From: Octopus bimaculoides
Taxonomy: Eukaryota
DNA: 64,000 nt
Direction: 5' to 3'
Assembly (NCBI RefSeq): GCF_001194135.2
Contig: NC_068995.1
Span: 57,054,706 to 57,118,705 of the forward strand
Below are positions 1-12,369 of this stretch, piece after piece. The notes beneath the pieces were generated by a model. That model searched no databases and had not been told where the DNA came from. It was given only the letters and a program-made list of their open reading frames with translations. The translations under genes were made by a program, and so were the position numbers. How positions within the stretch are numbered: position 1 is the stretch's first letter; every line of letters starts with the position of its first letter.

Positions 1-874
1 ATGAGAATGAAGAAGGATAAATGTCAAGAAAGAGTAAAAGAAAAGAGACCAAGAGGGAGAGGGAGAGATAGAGAAAGAGAAGCAGAGAGAGAGAAACATG
101 TGGGAGGAGTCAGAGAAGGAAACAGGAAGAAGAGACAGCATGATAAAGATGGTGTGATATGTCTCAAGAATGAGAAGAACTTGTCATAAATGTTAAAATT
201 AGAGCACAATCTGTCAAGATATGAGAATTTGATCATACACGTAAGAGGGCTTCCCTCTCTGTGTCTGTGTGTTTATACTTGTAGGGATGCCTTTAGTCAT
301 TTCTGGATGTGCAGACATTCATTACTATTTTTAGATTTAATATTTTTTACATATATATGTATGAATGTATGTGTGTGTGTGTGTGTGTGTATGTACATAC
401 ATATACATAACAGATTATATTAAGCTGATGATTTCTAAGAAGGATGAAATAGTGCTATACATGATTCCTTCTAATTACAAATTTTTAAGAACTTCTCAAT
501 AAGCAAGCAACACAAAAAAATTAATTAATTAATATGTGAATTCTATGTATCTTTGTTCTTATTCCTTAATTTCAAATTCAAATCTGAAAATTCACCAAAT
601 ATTATGGTTGTCAAGTAGTGAGAGGCACACACATACACACACACACACTATACTCATACAAAGAACCTCTGCACAATTTTCATCTACTGGCTCCCATGCC
701 AGTAGCATGTAAAATATGGCCTCATGTCCATATTTAGGTGAACACACACACACACATTCCCATAGACAAACACACACACACACATAGAGAGATACACACA
801 TTTACATACCAAGACATTTACATAGAGATGTGTATGCACAAATTTCGGGCCTTGTACCTCGAGTAGAAAAGATT

Positions 875-1130
875 ATCATTTAATATCTCTGTTCCATGCT
901 GAAATGGGTTGGATGGATTGACAGGATTGAATAGGTCCAAGAACCACATCATGCACCAGTGTTGGTTCGGCATGGTTTCTACAACTAGATGCCCTTCCTA
1001 ACACAAACCACTTTATATTGTATATTATGGTTGCATAATGAAATACCATGTACATACAAGTCCTTAAACTTTACAGAGAGTACCAGGTGCCTTTTCTTGT
1101 GCTACTAGCTCTAGTGAGGTTGCCACACAG
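875..1130 (-). mobile_element. RTE-type retroposon 3' end (family with (GAT)n tail), decayed
   Basis: Reverse complement of the recurrent GGAAGGGCATCCAG...CCAACCCATGCTAGCATGGAA...(GAT)n tail seen intact at 40485-40625 and 43370-43470. Interrupted by an AT-rich insert. The left-hand (3') boundary is clear; the other is approximate. Confidence 0.55.
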
Positions 1131-2298
1131 CTCACAAGCTTCTGGAGCCCAAGGGGCAGGGGCTTTATCCCAGCAGATGAGGGTTACGGTATGAAAGAAT
1201 GAGTAGGGCAGGGGATCTTTCTTGTTGTAGGGGAGTGACATGGCTGCTCACATTTAACAAATGAATCAGTGTTATCTGTGGAGATATAAATAGTGGCTAT
1301 GAGATATCAATTAGGTAACACAGGAATGGTATTGTACTCAGAAATTAGCAGAGTCTGGAGAGCTTACCAGAAGATGGAAGGCGGGAGGGACTGTGTCACT
1401 GGTCAATTATCTTGTCCCTTCTCATTCTATGTATGCCCACATGTAGATATTTTTATTTAAATGTGGATAGTATACGTGTATACACAACATGTAGCATCGT
1501 ACACACCTTCTGTCCTAGGAATCTTATAGAATTTCAAACATAAAACATGTTTCCATGTTGAATTGCTTATAGAGCATACAGTTTTTAACTTCGAACAATC
1601 CTAGTTTATTAATAATATTAATAAATAAATATTGCACAAACACACACATACATCTTTGTATATTGCTCTATACATTCACAAATGGATGTGTGTATGTTTT
1701 TTTATTTATGTGTGTGTGTGTGTGCATTTGTTTGTGTATGTACATATACAGTGGAGTGAGTACAATCTAGAATTCTGTTTCTGTAATTCAGACTGAAGGA
1801 ATTGAGAAACACCCCTGGGATTAGTTTGGCTGACCAATGAGAATACAGACGTACACATACTCATGTATATTCATATACTCTCACACACATTGAAAATGTA
1901 CAAATACTTTTAATTTTTTTGCTTTTTTTGTTTTGTTTCTGCATTTAGCTTCCTGGAGCAATGGAAGTGTTAAAGTCCCAAAGGAAATTAACCACAAAAG
2001 TATTGTTATGATAACCACAATGAAATATGTATAGGCAGAACACAAAGGCAGTTTTTGAAATAGAAATGTGACGGAGGAGTAAAGAGCAGAGCAATGCTGT
2101 CGTTGACCGAGTAAACTGTGTGTGTTTTTGAGTGACGGCAAATCGTCTGTGCTTCATATGACCCAGCTCTGGTGCTGAGAATGGTGCTCACGATATTAAC
2201 TCTAGGTGAACTGGACAACTTAGCAATAAATGGCTACTGTGCAGATGTCTGGGTTACTGTGACAAACAAAAAATATACTAAATTGCTAGCCTCTATAC

Positions 2299-2617
2299 CA
2301 GTGGTTCTCAACCAGGGTTCACATGGCCCCTGAGGGTCCATATAACAAAATAGTAAGCTGCTAAACTGGGGATATGCAATAGTATTTTAAGGGCTTCTGA
2401 AGAAATTTTCCTTTAGATGTATGTATTGCAAGAAACAGGTTTCTTTCTTTACCATTTTACTTTGTTCAACGTATAAGAGAATGTGTGAAAAAAAAATAGG
2501 AATTTTGAAAGAAGTTTCTAGAAAACTAGTTTTTAAACATTGAATGGTTATGGGGGTCCACTAGAATGAAATAATAATGAAAGGGGCCCATTGGTTAAAC
2601 CTGGTTGAGAACCCCTG
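2299..2617. mobile_element. Non-autonomous hAT (Charlie/Buster-type) MITE
   Basis: 15-bp TIRs CAGTGGTTCTCAACC (2299-2313) and GGTTGAGAACCCCTG (2603-2617), 1 mismatch. Perfect 8-bp TSD CTCTATAC at 2291-2298 and 2618-2625, with central TA. Confidence 0.88.
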
Positions 2618-3750
2618 CTCTATACTCATCACTCAAATCTAGCGGAATTGTTTTGCAAGGGTCAAGACTGGAATTAATAAAATAATCACTTGTAATATTT
2701 AATGTTGGATTCAATCAACACCTTGCTTTGTAGCCATGTCGTTTCAGGTTCAGCCCTACAGTGCAGCATCTTGGGTAAGTAGAAAATGCAACCAAATGGA
2801 AATTTTACCTAACTTTTTATTTAGATCATTTTGAGAGAAGATATTTGTATTATGGAATTAGGGGACAGTCTCAAGCAAATTGGTATCAAAAAGACAAACA
2901 GAATACAATGCAAAAGAGAGACAATGTGAAGGACTGTGTCTGCTTTGAGGTGGTCAATGTATGTCACCTGCCCAGTTTAACCTAATTGAACACCATTACT
3001 GGCACTTGGGTGATTTACTAGTGGTCCTCCTGCTGCAAATACTCGGGTAAGGTCTCTAGTCTGAGTTTCACTTCACCCATTCCTACCACCAGGACAAGAG
3101 GACCTAAAAAGGGGTTATGGGTGCCACCCGCTTCCTTCCTAGCTAACTGAATCATTGTGTGTGTGTGAGAGAGAGAGAGACAGACAGACAGGGATGGGGG
3201 AGGGAACAGCAATACAAGACAAAAGAAAACACTGCTAATACACATCAAGCTGAAGCATTTAATACTTAATAACACAACCAACAATGAATTACCTCATTAA
3301 ACAAAATAAAGCACAATGAACCAATGAAAGTGAGCACTTTGTTGTATGTTTGTGTGTGCGTGTGTGTGTGTGTGTGTGCATACAAGATATATATATAGAC
3401 ATGCAAATGTATATATATAGATATATATAGATATATATGTATATATATATACATACACACAAACATATATGAATGCAGACACATACACATTTATTTATTT
3501 GTTTATCTATTGATCTTCCAAGCCTAACACAGTAGTTATGTAAATGGTTAAGACAATGAAGAAAGACAGAAAGTGGCCATTTACAGAGAAAGGCCAGTTA
3601 GGAAATATTTCCTAGCAACACAAAACTTCCTCAGTGAGAAATATTAACACATCAACTAAAATGTACCACGCAGGAGAAAACAAAAACATTTCACTTGGCC
3701 AAGAAGAAGAGTTAACTACAAATTAATATTAGTATTACACATATATAAGT

Positions 3751-3885
3751 TGCAGAGGCCTGGTTGTATGGCAAGAAATGTGCTCTCCAACCACATGGCA
3801 CCTTGGGCAAGTGTCTTCTACTATAGCTTCAGTTTGACCAGGCCCTTGTGAGTAGATTTAGTGAACAGAAACTGAAAGAAGCCTG

Positions 3886-3937
<52 letters not shown>
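3751..3937 (+). mobile_element. SINE family A (tRNA head + CORE-like domain) ending in internal (TG)n
   Basis: GGCACCTTGGGCAAGTGTCTTCTACTATAGC core and GAAACTGAAAGAAGCC motif, then about 50 bp of (TG)n. Confidence 0.8.
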
Positions 3938-3941
<4 letters not shown>

Positions 3942-3994
3942 GTCTTATTTCATTCTTTTATATTTTCTCCTTCTTTCCATGACTTTTCCTCAAT

Positions 3995-4045
3995 TCTTTT
4001 CCATTTTCTGATGAAGGTTTAATATCCGAAACATTGAAGATCCTC
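3995..4045 (+). ncRNA. Decayed minimal hammerhead-ribozyme-like motif of Penelope-like-element type
   Basis: CTGATGA (4008-4014), A, GG...CC short hairpin (4016-4027), GAAAC (4028-4032). Upstream TTTT could pair with downstream GAAG as stem I. Confidence 0.4.
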
Positions 4046-4309
4046 CTTCCTTTCTTTCAAGCATTGACAACACCTTTATTCAATCTTGTCCCTCTCATTA
4101 ATTTTGTTTTCTTAGTTTTCCTCCTGTGGTATTTCTGCTGGCTCTTTGAGTTGAAATCCAACCAAAGTCAATTTTGCCGTTCGTCCTTTCAAGGTTGATA
4201 AAACAAATACCAATCAAATACTGTCTATCAACTTGCACACATGCAAGTGTGTGTGTGTGTGTGTGTGTGCATACATGTATGTATATACATATGTGTATGT
4301 ATGTGTGTG

Positions 4310-4520
4310 TATTTTTGTGTTTGTCCCTTTCCACAATCATTGCTCCACAACCAGTGTTGGTTTGTTTGCATCCCGATGGCTTGGCAGATGAACAAAAAGG
4401 ACTGATAAAATAAGTACTAGACTTAAAAAATATGTCATAGGGGTCAATTTGTTTGACAAAATCTTTTAAGGCAGTGCCCCAGTATGGCCACAGCTCTTAT
4501 GACTGAAAGAAGTAAAGCTA
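4310..4520 (+). mobile_element. SINE family A 3' half (tail I)
   Basis: ACAACCAGTGTTGGTTTGTTT...GATAAAATAAGTACTAGACTT...GGCAGTGCCCCAGTATGGCCACAG...TGACTGAAA, following (TG)n. Confidence 0.7.
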
Positions 4521-5009
4521 TGAAAACAAGAGAGAGAGAGAGAGTTAAGCAAAAGCTTGAGGAAATTGTGAAGTTAGCAACTTCAGAATAATGAGATTAT
4601 GTTTAGGTTATTCTGATTGTAGAAACTTTCCATTTTAACATCGTTGCTTGGCAACATGGCTAAGAAGAAAATGGGGAGTAAATGAAAGCATGAGGTCATG
4701 TGGAAAACTAAAACTGAATTATTAGACATTACGTGTTTGAGTGGTATTGTTTACATATCTATATTGATTAATATTATTTACATAAAATTTACATTAAACA
4801 ACAATAAAGACAAAAAGAAGTTCAGTTAAGTAACAGAAGGGATCTAATTGAGTTGAGCTTCACAAAGCAATTTTGATTTCCTGTTAAAGGCATTTTCATT
4901 CAAGTATGTCACAACTGCATTTTGCTAAGCGGGGAAAGGCATACCCATCAAAACTTCACTCTCATATTGCAGACATAAACGGCTGTTTGCTCAAGAAGAT
5001 CACTTTGCA

Positions 5010-5430
5010 GCCATGTAGTATTTCGGTTCAGTCTCACTGCCTGGGCTCGACACATTAGGCAAGGGTCTTCTATTACAACCCCAGGCTGACCAATGCCTTG
5101 CGTGTGAATTTTGCAAATGTAAACTGTGTGGTAAGAAGCTTGCTTCCCAAGCACATGGTTCTGGGTTCACTCCAACAGCGTGGCACCTTATATGAATGTG
5201 TGTGTGTGTGTGTGTTTCCTTGCCTTGACATCTGTGACAGGTGTAAATGAATGTCATCATCATGTAAGCAGTATCCTTCATTCTTATATAAGTCTGGCCC
5301 TGAGGGAATACTGGAAGCCGGTGAGGTTTGGCAACAGGAAGAGCATCCAGCAGTAGAAAAATTTTCCCACTACAAATAATTCAGTCCAACCAATGTGAGC
5401 ATGGAAACACGAACATTAAAACAACGGTGA
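5010..5430 (+). mobile_element. SINE family A: two head fragments, (TG)n, then RTE-like tail II
   Basis: TGTGTGGTAAGAAGCTTGCTTCCCAA...GGGTTCAC head at about 5125, (TG)n, then GGCAACAGGAAGAGCATCCAGC...AGCATGGAAA tail. Confidence 0.7.
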
Positions 5431-5928
5431 CAGTGACAATGGTACTTAACAAATCAGCAGTCTGTTAGTAACACCAATTCCATATCAATATTCTGCAGAG
5501 CAGAAGAATTAAAAAAATATGCTACTAAGTCAAACAACACAGATTGCAAACTAAACTCTTGACTGCTGCACAACACTTGAACATTTTTTAGTATCTCCAC
5601 TTGAATAAAATGAAAAAGTTGCTCCTTAGACTTTATATTGTTGTGACTGTTGCATGTCAGAAAACAATTATTGAAAACTTCATCATGACATGCATGTTTA
5701 GACATTATCCTCCATGGTTCTCTGCTATATTGGCAGATGAAGAACTTTTGAATTAGAGAAACTGCATATTTTTTAAATTTTTTTATTTTTCTATTTTCTT
5801 TTTCATTTATTTTCCATTTCACACACACACACACACACACATGTGTATGTGTGTGTGCATAAATACATATATGTATACGTTATATATATTATGCGATATA
5901 TTATACACATTATCTATATGTGCGCATG

Positions 5929-6005
<77 letters not shown>

Positions 6006-6452
6006 GGTCAATGAATGTCAAGATAAATGTAAAGTAATACGTGTGTGTAAAATGTGTACATAATGTGTAAGTGTATGTGCGTATCCATGCGCTCACACAC
6101 ACACAGACATGCTGTGTGTGTGTATATTCAGAAAAAACTTTATGCATTCTTGAAAATTAAACTGGAAAGAATCTGCAGTGAAATCCCAAAACGGAACAAA
6201 ATATTTTTCTAAACAGAACAAAATTTATTTAAAAAAACAACAAAATATTAAAAATCTGAATAAAAAAAAGTAATGTTTAAGTTTATTATTTGGAATAGAA
6301 AAGCTAAAGAATCCAAGAAAAGTCTTCAGTAATTCAGGGCATATTCCAAAATTGTAAAGCATGCATACATAATACATATATATATATATATAAGTGTATA
6401 TATATATGAGAAAAAGGGCTGCAAAAGAGGACTCAGAAGCAGAAGAGAATAC

Positions 6453-6712
6453 TTTTTTACTTGTTTCAGCCATTTGACTGCGGCCATACTGGAGCACCAC
6501 CTTTTAGTCGAGATAATCAACCTCAGGACTTATTCTTTGTAAGCCTAGTACTTATTTTATCGGTTTCTTTTGCCAAACCGCTAAGTTATGGGGATGTAAA
6601 CACACCACCATCAGTTGTCAAGCGATGTTGGGAGGACAAACACAGACATATACATATATACGACGGGCTTCTTTCAGTTTCTGTCTACCAAATCCACTCA
6701 CAAGGCTTTGAA
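6453..6712 (-). mobile_element. SINE family A, well-preserved, 5'-truncated (tail I)
   Basis: TTTTACTTGTTTCAGCCATTTGACTGCGGCCATACTGGAGCACCACC...GTTGTCAAGCGATGTTGGG...GTCTACCAAATCCACTCACAAGGCTTTG; near-matching copy at 36995-37200. Confidence 0.85.
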
Positions 6713-6774
6713 ATCAAATTACATGATGGTTGTAAATAAGTGACATACACGCATTGAAATTCGTCTCCAATATT

Positions 6775-7060
6775 CTGAGAGAACATGCCTGGCCATGGGG
6801 AAATATAGCTTGGAAACAGATGAAGGTTAGCAACAGCAAGGACATCTGGCTGTAGAAACTGTGCTGGTGTCATGTAAAAAGCACCCAGTATATTCTGTAT
6901 AGTGGTTGGCATTAGGGAGAGCATCCAGTCCTAGAAACCATGCCAAAACAGACAATTGGAGCCTGGGCAGCTCTCCAGCCTTGCCAGCCCTGGTCAAACC
7001 GTCCAACCCATGCCAGCATGGAAAACAGATGTTAAATGATGATGATGATGATGATGATGA
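6775..7060 (+). mobile_element. RTE-like 3' tail module(s) ending in (GAT)n
   Basis: GGCATTAGGGAGAGCATCCAG...CCAACCCATGCCAGCATGGAAAACAGATGTTAAAT followed by (GAT)n. Confidence 0.75.
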
Positions 7061-7161
7061 ATTAACTTTTGTGATATGAAAGTTAGCAATGAAGCTTGGA
7101 CATTGATAACAGATGTAACCATGTGTGCTGTGGTGGATTGCTGGTTATATTGCAAAGGAAC

Positions 7162-7201
<40 letters not shown>

Positions 7202-7849
7202 GAGAGAGAGAGAGAGAGAGATGAGAGGGTGAGAAGAGAAAGGACAGAGCGAAAGCTAGAGGGTGGGAGAGGAGAGAGGTGGAGGGAGAGAAGTGAGAGC
7301 AAAGAGAAGGAGAGTTTGAAAATTGAGAAGAAGCAAAGTTAAGAATCAATGAAAATCACAAGTGGGGGGTGGGGGTAAAGAAAAAGGTGATAGGAAGGAA
7401 TAAGTGCATATGAAAGTGAAAGAGTGAAGGAAACAATCCCTCATTCATTCCATCATTCCTTCATTCATCCATTTTTAGTAAGATAATTTCTTGAATAAGC
7501 AATTTGCTAAGAGATGCTAACAGCTTGGAAGAACTCCAAACTTTGGTGTAGTCAAGATCTTGCAGTGCTTTCTGCCATCTTCAATACCATCTCCACCGGC
7601 ACCACTCCTGCTCTGCTGCCTCATTTTGTTTTGAACCATTTAAAACATATTGGCAGCTTGGTTTTTCTCTCTGTGACATTGAGACAACATGGGTCTGACA
7701 GCTGTGACCAGACCCCTTGTCTCCCTCCTCTTGCTCCTCTCCTCTCACTCTACTCATCTCTCTCTCTCTCTCTCTGGTGAGGTTCATATTTTAAGAAAAG
7801 AAATTCAGAATTTTGCCTTCTGGATTTCTTCACTTATTTTGTCATCTGT

Positions 7850-8212
7850 GGAGGCACATGCATGGCTGTGTGGTGAGAGGTTTCTGTTCAGTCTCATTGT
7901 ATGGCACCTTGGGCAAGCATCTTCTACTATAGCTCCGGGCCGCCAACGCCTAGCAAATAGATTTGGTAGACAGAAACTGTGTGGAAATTTATCATGGAGG
8001 TGCACATATATATATAATGCAAGCATGGAAAGGTGAACATTAATATGATGACTATATATAAACACAATGGGTTTCTTTCAGTTTCCATCTACTGAATCCA
8101 CTCACAACAATTTAGTCAGAGTAAAAGACACTTACCCAAGGTGCTGCACAGTAGAACTTGAACCCAAAACCCTATGGTTGGGAAGTAAGATACTCAACCA
8201 CACAGCCATGCC
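7850..8212. mobile_element. Convergent pair of family A SINEs (+ about 7850-8000, - about 8066-8212)
   Basis: GCATGGCTGTGTGG head on +; reverse-complement head AACCACACAGCCATGCC ending at about 8212. Both carry the CORE-like motif. Confidence 0.75.
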
Positions 8213-9009
8213 GATGCCTATTTGTTCTACTGTGTTAAACCATTTGCAAGATTTACAAAAATAGGCAATTTTATGGCACCCTTGAGTGCCATATAAGGTA
8301 AATATTGCTTGGATATTTGACATTATTTCACTCATACCAGTTTTCTGGGGGTTTTCTTTTTATTATTTTGCAATTGTTTTTTTTTTGGACAATTTGTTGT
8401 TTTTGGTTGTATACCCAGAAAGGGTTACGACGACATGCCCAGAATGAAAACGTAAAAAAAAAAAAAGGGCCTGGTGATTGTGATAACATTTATTTAGGGA
8501 TGTTTTTTTTTTTTTTTTCAATAAGCTACATTTGTGCCAAAGTACCACTCAAACAAAAGCTAAGCTGAACATCCCACACAACAATACCAACACCACCCCC
8601 TTCACTATCAACAGCACCACAGCCATTGCTGCTACCACCACCACCACCACCATCATCATCATTAACAATGATTATCAAGTTCATCATTGACGATTATAAA
8701 ACAATACCTTTACATCAAGATTTGCTATGTTGATTGCCAGTAAACAACCAAGCAGTTTTGTTATTGTTTTATTTGCAGATGGGGGAGGGGCTGGAATGTT
8801 TTAATGTTTTACATAATTCTGCATGTTTTTTTTTCTTTCTGTCTTTTGGAATTTTTATAGTTTTTTTTTTTTGTCTTTATGGATATATTTACTTATTTTT
8901 TCCCCAAAGTTTTCTTTGTGACAACATGAAGAAGAAAAAAAGAGGGAGAAAAAGCAATAATAGCAGGAAAGAAGTGTATGAAGAGAAAGAGAGAAAAACT
9001 AAGAGGGAA

Positions 9010-9040
<31 letters not shown>

Positions 9041-9711
9041 TGGGAAAGATGGAGAAAGAGAAAGTGTGACAGAGTGAAAGATAGAGAGAAAAAGAATGAA
9101 AAAAAAAAGAGATGAAGTGAAGAATATAGAGACTTGAGATGCATTCTTATATTTTCGTAAATTAATCCCAGACCCCAACCCAACAAAATTTTTTTTTTGA
9201 ATCTTTATTCTTTAAAAACAAAAAAAAAAAGCAAAATACCAAAGAGCACCCCCTCCCTTCTCATTATAAAGCAAATCCTCCCTTTTATCAATCGAACAAC
9301 AATAAATAGCAACCTTTACTCCAATAAACAGATTCACATATCCCCCACTCCACCACCACCACCACCCACCACAAGGAGGGGAGGGGGGAAAGAGAGAAAT
9401 ATCCTTTCTAACACTGGATGATATCATTTGTAACAGTTGCTATTGTTTCTAGCATGATTACCGACTTAGCAAACTAAAAGAGCATTCCAGAACAAAAGAC
9501 ATTCCCCCCCCAATCACTTCTTTCACAACAATCCTATCAAATTGTGCAAATTTCTCTTCCACTGCAAAATTCACTGATTTTTGTTTTGAGAAATCCTGAT
9601 AGGTTTGTTGTGTTTGCTTTGTTTTTCTTTGTGTTCAAGCTTTTTTTTATTTATTTTATTGTTAACTGTGTCCTTGTGTCAATGCATATGTATGTACACT
9701 ATATATAATGC

Positions 9712-9772
<61 letters not shown>

Positions 9773-9900
9773 CATACATGTACACAAACATATATATACA
9801 CAGACATACACAAACATATATACACACATAAACACAAGCATATACATAAATATATATAAACACTCATATATACACATGTCTGTCCCTTTCTCTCTCTCTC

Positions 9901-9963
<63 letters not shown>

Positions 9964-10334
9964 ATGTCTGCATGCATGTTTATACATTTATGAACATGCA
10001 TGCAGGTGAATGCATGTTCTCATTTTGTAGGAGAATACTGAGTTTTTGAATTTACAAACCCAGTGTTTTTCTCTCCATTTCTTTCTATTGTACTTTTGAT
10101 ACAATGTCAAACATTTATTGGAACTATGTAACCCACCAACCAACACACAGATATATATATATAGACACATACATATATACACATGAAGCATACACATGCG
10201 CATACAAACATAAATATAGGGTCGTAAAAGACAAACAAAAGAAGGCCATAATCTTAATTTCATTGTTTTGTTTTTAAAGAGAAATTCCAATTATTGTTTC
10301 TGGAGCAAAAAAAGGGTAAAATTTAGAGAAAGAG

Positions 10335-10627
10335 AAGGCATTCAACAAGTTGCTACCTTTATTCCTGCACTTTTATGTTCTGAGTTCAAATGCTGCCAAA
10401 CTTGACCATTCCTTTTATCCTTTCAGGGTCCATAAAATAAATATGATATTAACATTGGGGAGTGATGTAATCAAGTGACCCTCTCTCCACAAAATTTCAG
10501 GCCCCATCCCTGAAGTTGGAAGAATTATCATAAGCAAGTTGGATTTACCTTTCATCCCATCAAGATTGTTGAAATGATGTACCAACATGTTGACCTTGTA
10601 CCAAATTCAGAAGCCATTATTATTATT
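10335..10627 (+). mobile_element. Two head-to-tail family B SINEs (Meta/MESC-like central domain, (ATT)n tail)
   Basis: TTCTGAGTTCAAAT B-box, CCTTT(T/C)ATCC central motif twice, and 3' end GACCTTGTACCAAATTCAGAAGCC-(ATT)4 at 10592-10627. Confidence 0.7.
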
Positions 10628-11146
10628 TTCTCTTTATCACAGGTTTTGTTGGAGCTCCTGGAGTCTTGCATGCATAGTGTGCTTACTATCTGCAGCCTAT
10701 GGTACCATGCTATCCATTCTTTTCAATTAACTAATACTTTCCTCATTATTCTGGCCATGCCAAGGGGGCAAACCTTTTGTAACAGTTCTACTGGACACTC
10801 TATTCTAATTTTCTTCATATTCCTCTTGATGCCTTCTGATACTGTCCCCAAGAACCCAACAATAATTGGCACTATCTTCACCTTCTTCATTTTCCATAGC
10901 CGTGCTATTTCGTACTTAAGAGGGTTGTATCTATTTATCTTTTTACCTTCCTTCTTGACTATTTGGGATCAAAGGGGCATGCAGCATCAACTATATAGCA
11001 TATATGGTGCATCTTGTCCATCGCCACTAGGTCTGGTCTGTTTGGATTGGGAAATCCCAGAGGATTTTATGAGTCTCCGACTCCGCCACTCTCTGCGACT
11101 TGTGCTCACACCATGTCTTGCCTCTCTCTAGCCCCCACTTTTTTGC
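10628..11146 (-). mobile_element. 5'-truncated R4/Dong-clade non-LTR retrotransposon: restriction-like endonuclease domain and 3' UTR
   Basis: Minus-strand translation with 2 frameshifts: KWGLERGKTWCEHKSQRVAESETHKILWDFPIQTD / PDLVAMDKMHHICYIVDAACPFD / KKEGKKINRYNPLKYEIARLWKMKKVKIVPIIVGFLGTV...LLQKVCPLGMARIMRKVLVN*. Stop at 10723-10725. Flanked by (AAT)n on both sides. Confidence 0.88.
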
Positions 11147-11179
11147 ATTACTATCATTATTATCATCATTGTTATTATG

Positions 11180-11225
<46 letters not shown>
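11147..11225. repeat. (ATT)n microsatellite
   Basis: Imperfect then pure ATT repeats, directly visible. Confidence 0.95.
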
Positions 11226-11226
<1 letters not shown>

Positions 11227-11360
11227 TTAGGGCTGTGGATTGGAGAAATTGCTAGAGTGTTGTAGTAATTGGCCGGGAATATTCATTTCAGTTCTTGATA
11301 TTCCAAGTTCAAATCCTGCCAAATTCAACTCTACCTGTCATCATCTCAGGGTCAGTTATG
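11226..11360 (+). mobile_element. Family B SINE, decayed
   Basis: Head GGCTGTGGATTGGAGAAATTGCTAG, AAGTTCAAATCCTGCC B-box and central motif. Confidence 0.6.
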
Positions 11361-11919
11361 AATGCTGATTTAACTGAGTAACCCTCAGAGAAGAGGGTGG
11401 TTAGGTATCCAAGATTATATTGTGTAAAATCATATCCATAGAAAAAGAACTTGCTAACAGAAGAATTACGTGAAGCAAGGAGTTGTCTATACAAAGACTG
11501 GAACAGAGAATATTACAGGTGACTTGCCCTTCCTTCCGGAACCTAATATCTATCAGACATAACACACAGCCATGCCTACATTTATTTGCTCAATCAGGTC
11601 AGACCCAGGGCTAAACAACAACAACAACATAACCAACAAAATGATACGGGAAAAAAAAGAAGGAAAGAACGTTTCTGTGCACATCTCATATTATCCTGCA
11701 AGGGATGTGATCTTTCTGTACAATTTTATGGGTCTCTGTTTATCTTACGCAGTTTCAGCAGTGAAGCTTATATACGGCGCTAATTACCAGAGATTAAAAT
11801 CACTCTGTTTCTGAATAAATTGAAAAATAATTGCAGATGATAATAATAATAATAATGAAATCCAGGTGTTTTTTTTTATAGGGCCATCAAGCTATACACA
11901 CACACACACACATATATAC

Positions 11920-11970
<51 letters not shown>

Positions 11971-12031
11971 NNNNNNNNNNNNNNNNNNNNNNNNNNNNNN
12001 NNNNNNNNNNNNNNNNNNNNNNNNNNNNNNN

Positions 12032-12078
<47 letters not shown>

Positions 12079-12369
12079 CATACATACACACACACCAAAA
12101 TGGAATATAATAAACTGATAGAAACAACAATAACAACAATAATAATGAGCTGAACAATAGTAGCAACAGCCACATCACCATCATTATTATACAACAATAG
12201 TAGCAACAACAATATATAAAGCTCTTTTCACTCTCGCTATCAATGAATTTCAGAATACAATAGAAAGATCCTTTGTGAGAGCATCAATTTCAGGTTTATG
12301 TCTAAAGCAATGTCTTTTAGCATATAACACTCCTAGAGTTGTGTATTAATTACCATGGATATAATGCAG

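Noticed and set aside
420-460. CTGATGA...GAAA as a further hammerhead
   Set aside because: No stem II closing directly onto GAAA and no stem I/III complementarity.
5454-5840. 128-aa minus-strand ORF
   Set aside because: Starts in (TG)n, lacks convincing splice sites and has no recognisable motif.
10574-11131. 185-aa hydrophobic + strand ORF resembling a membrane protein
   Set aside because: It is the antisense shadow of the R4/Dong endonuclease region.
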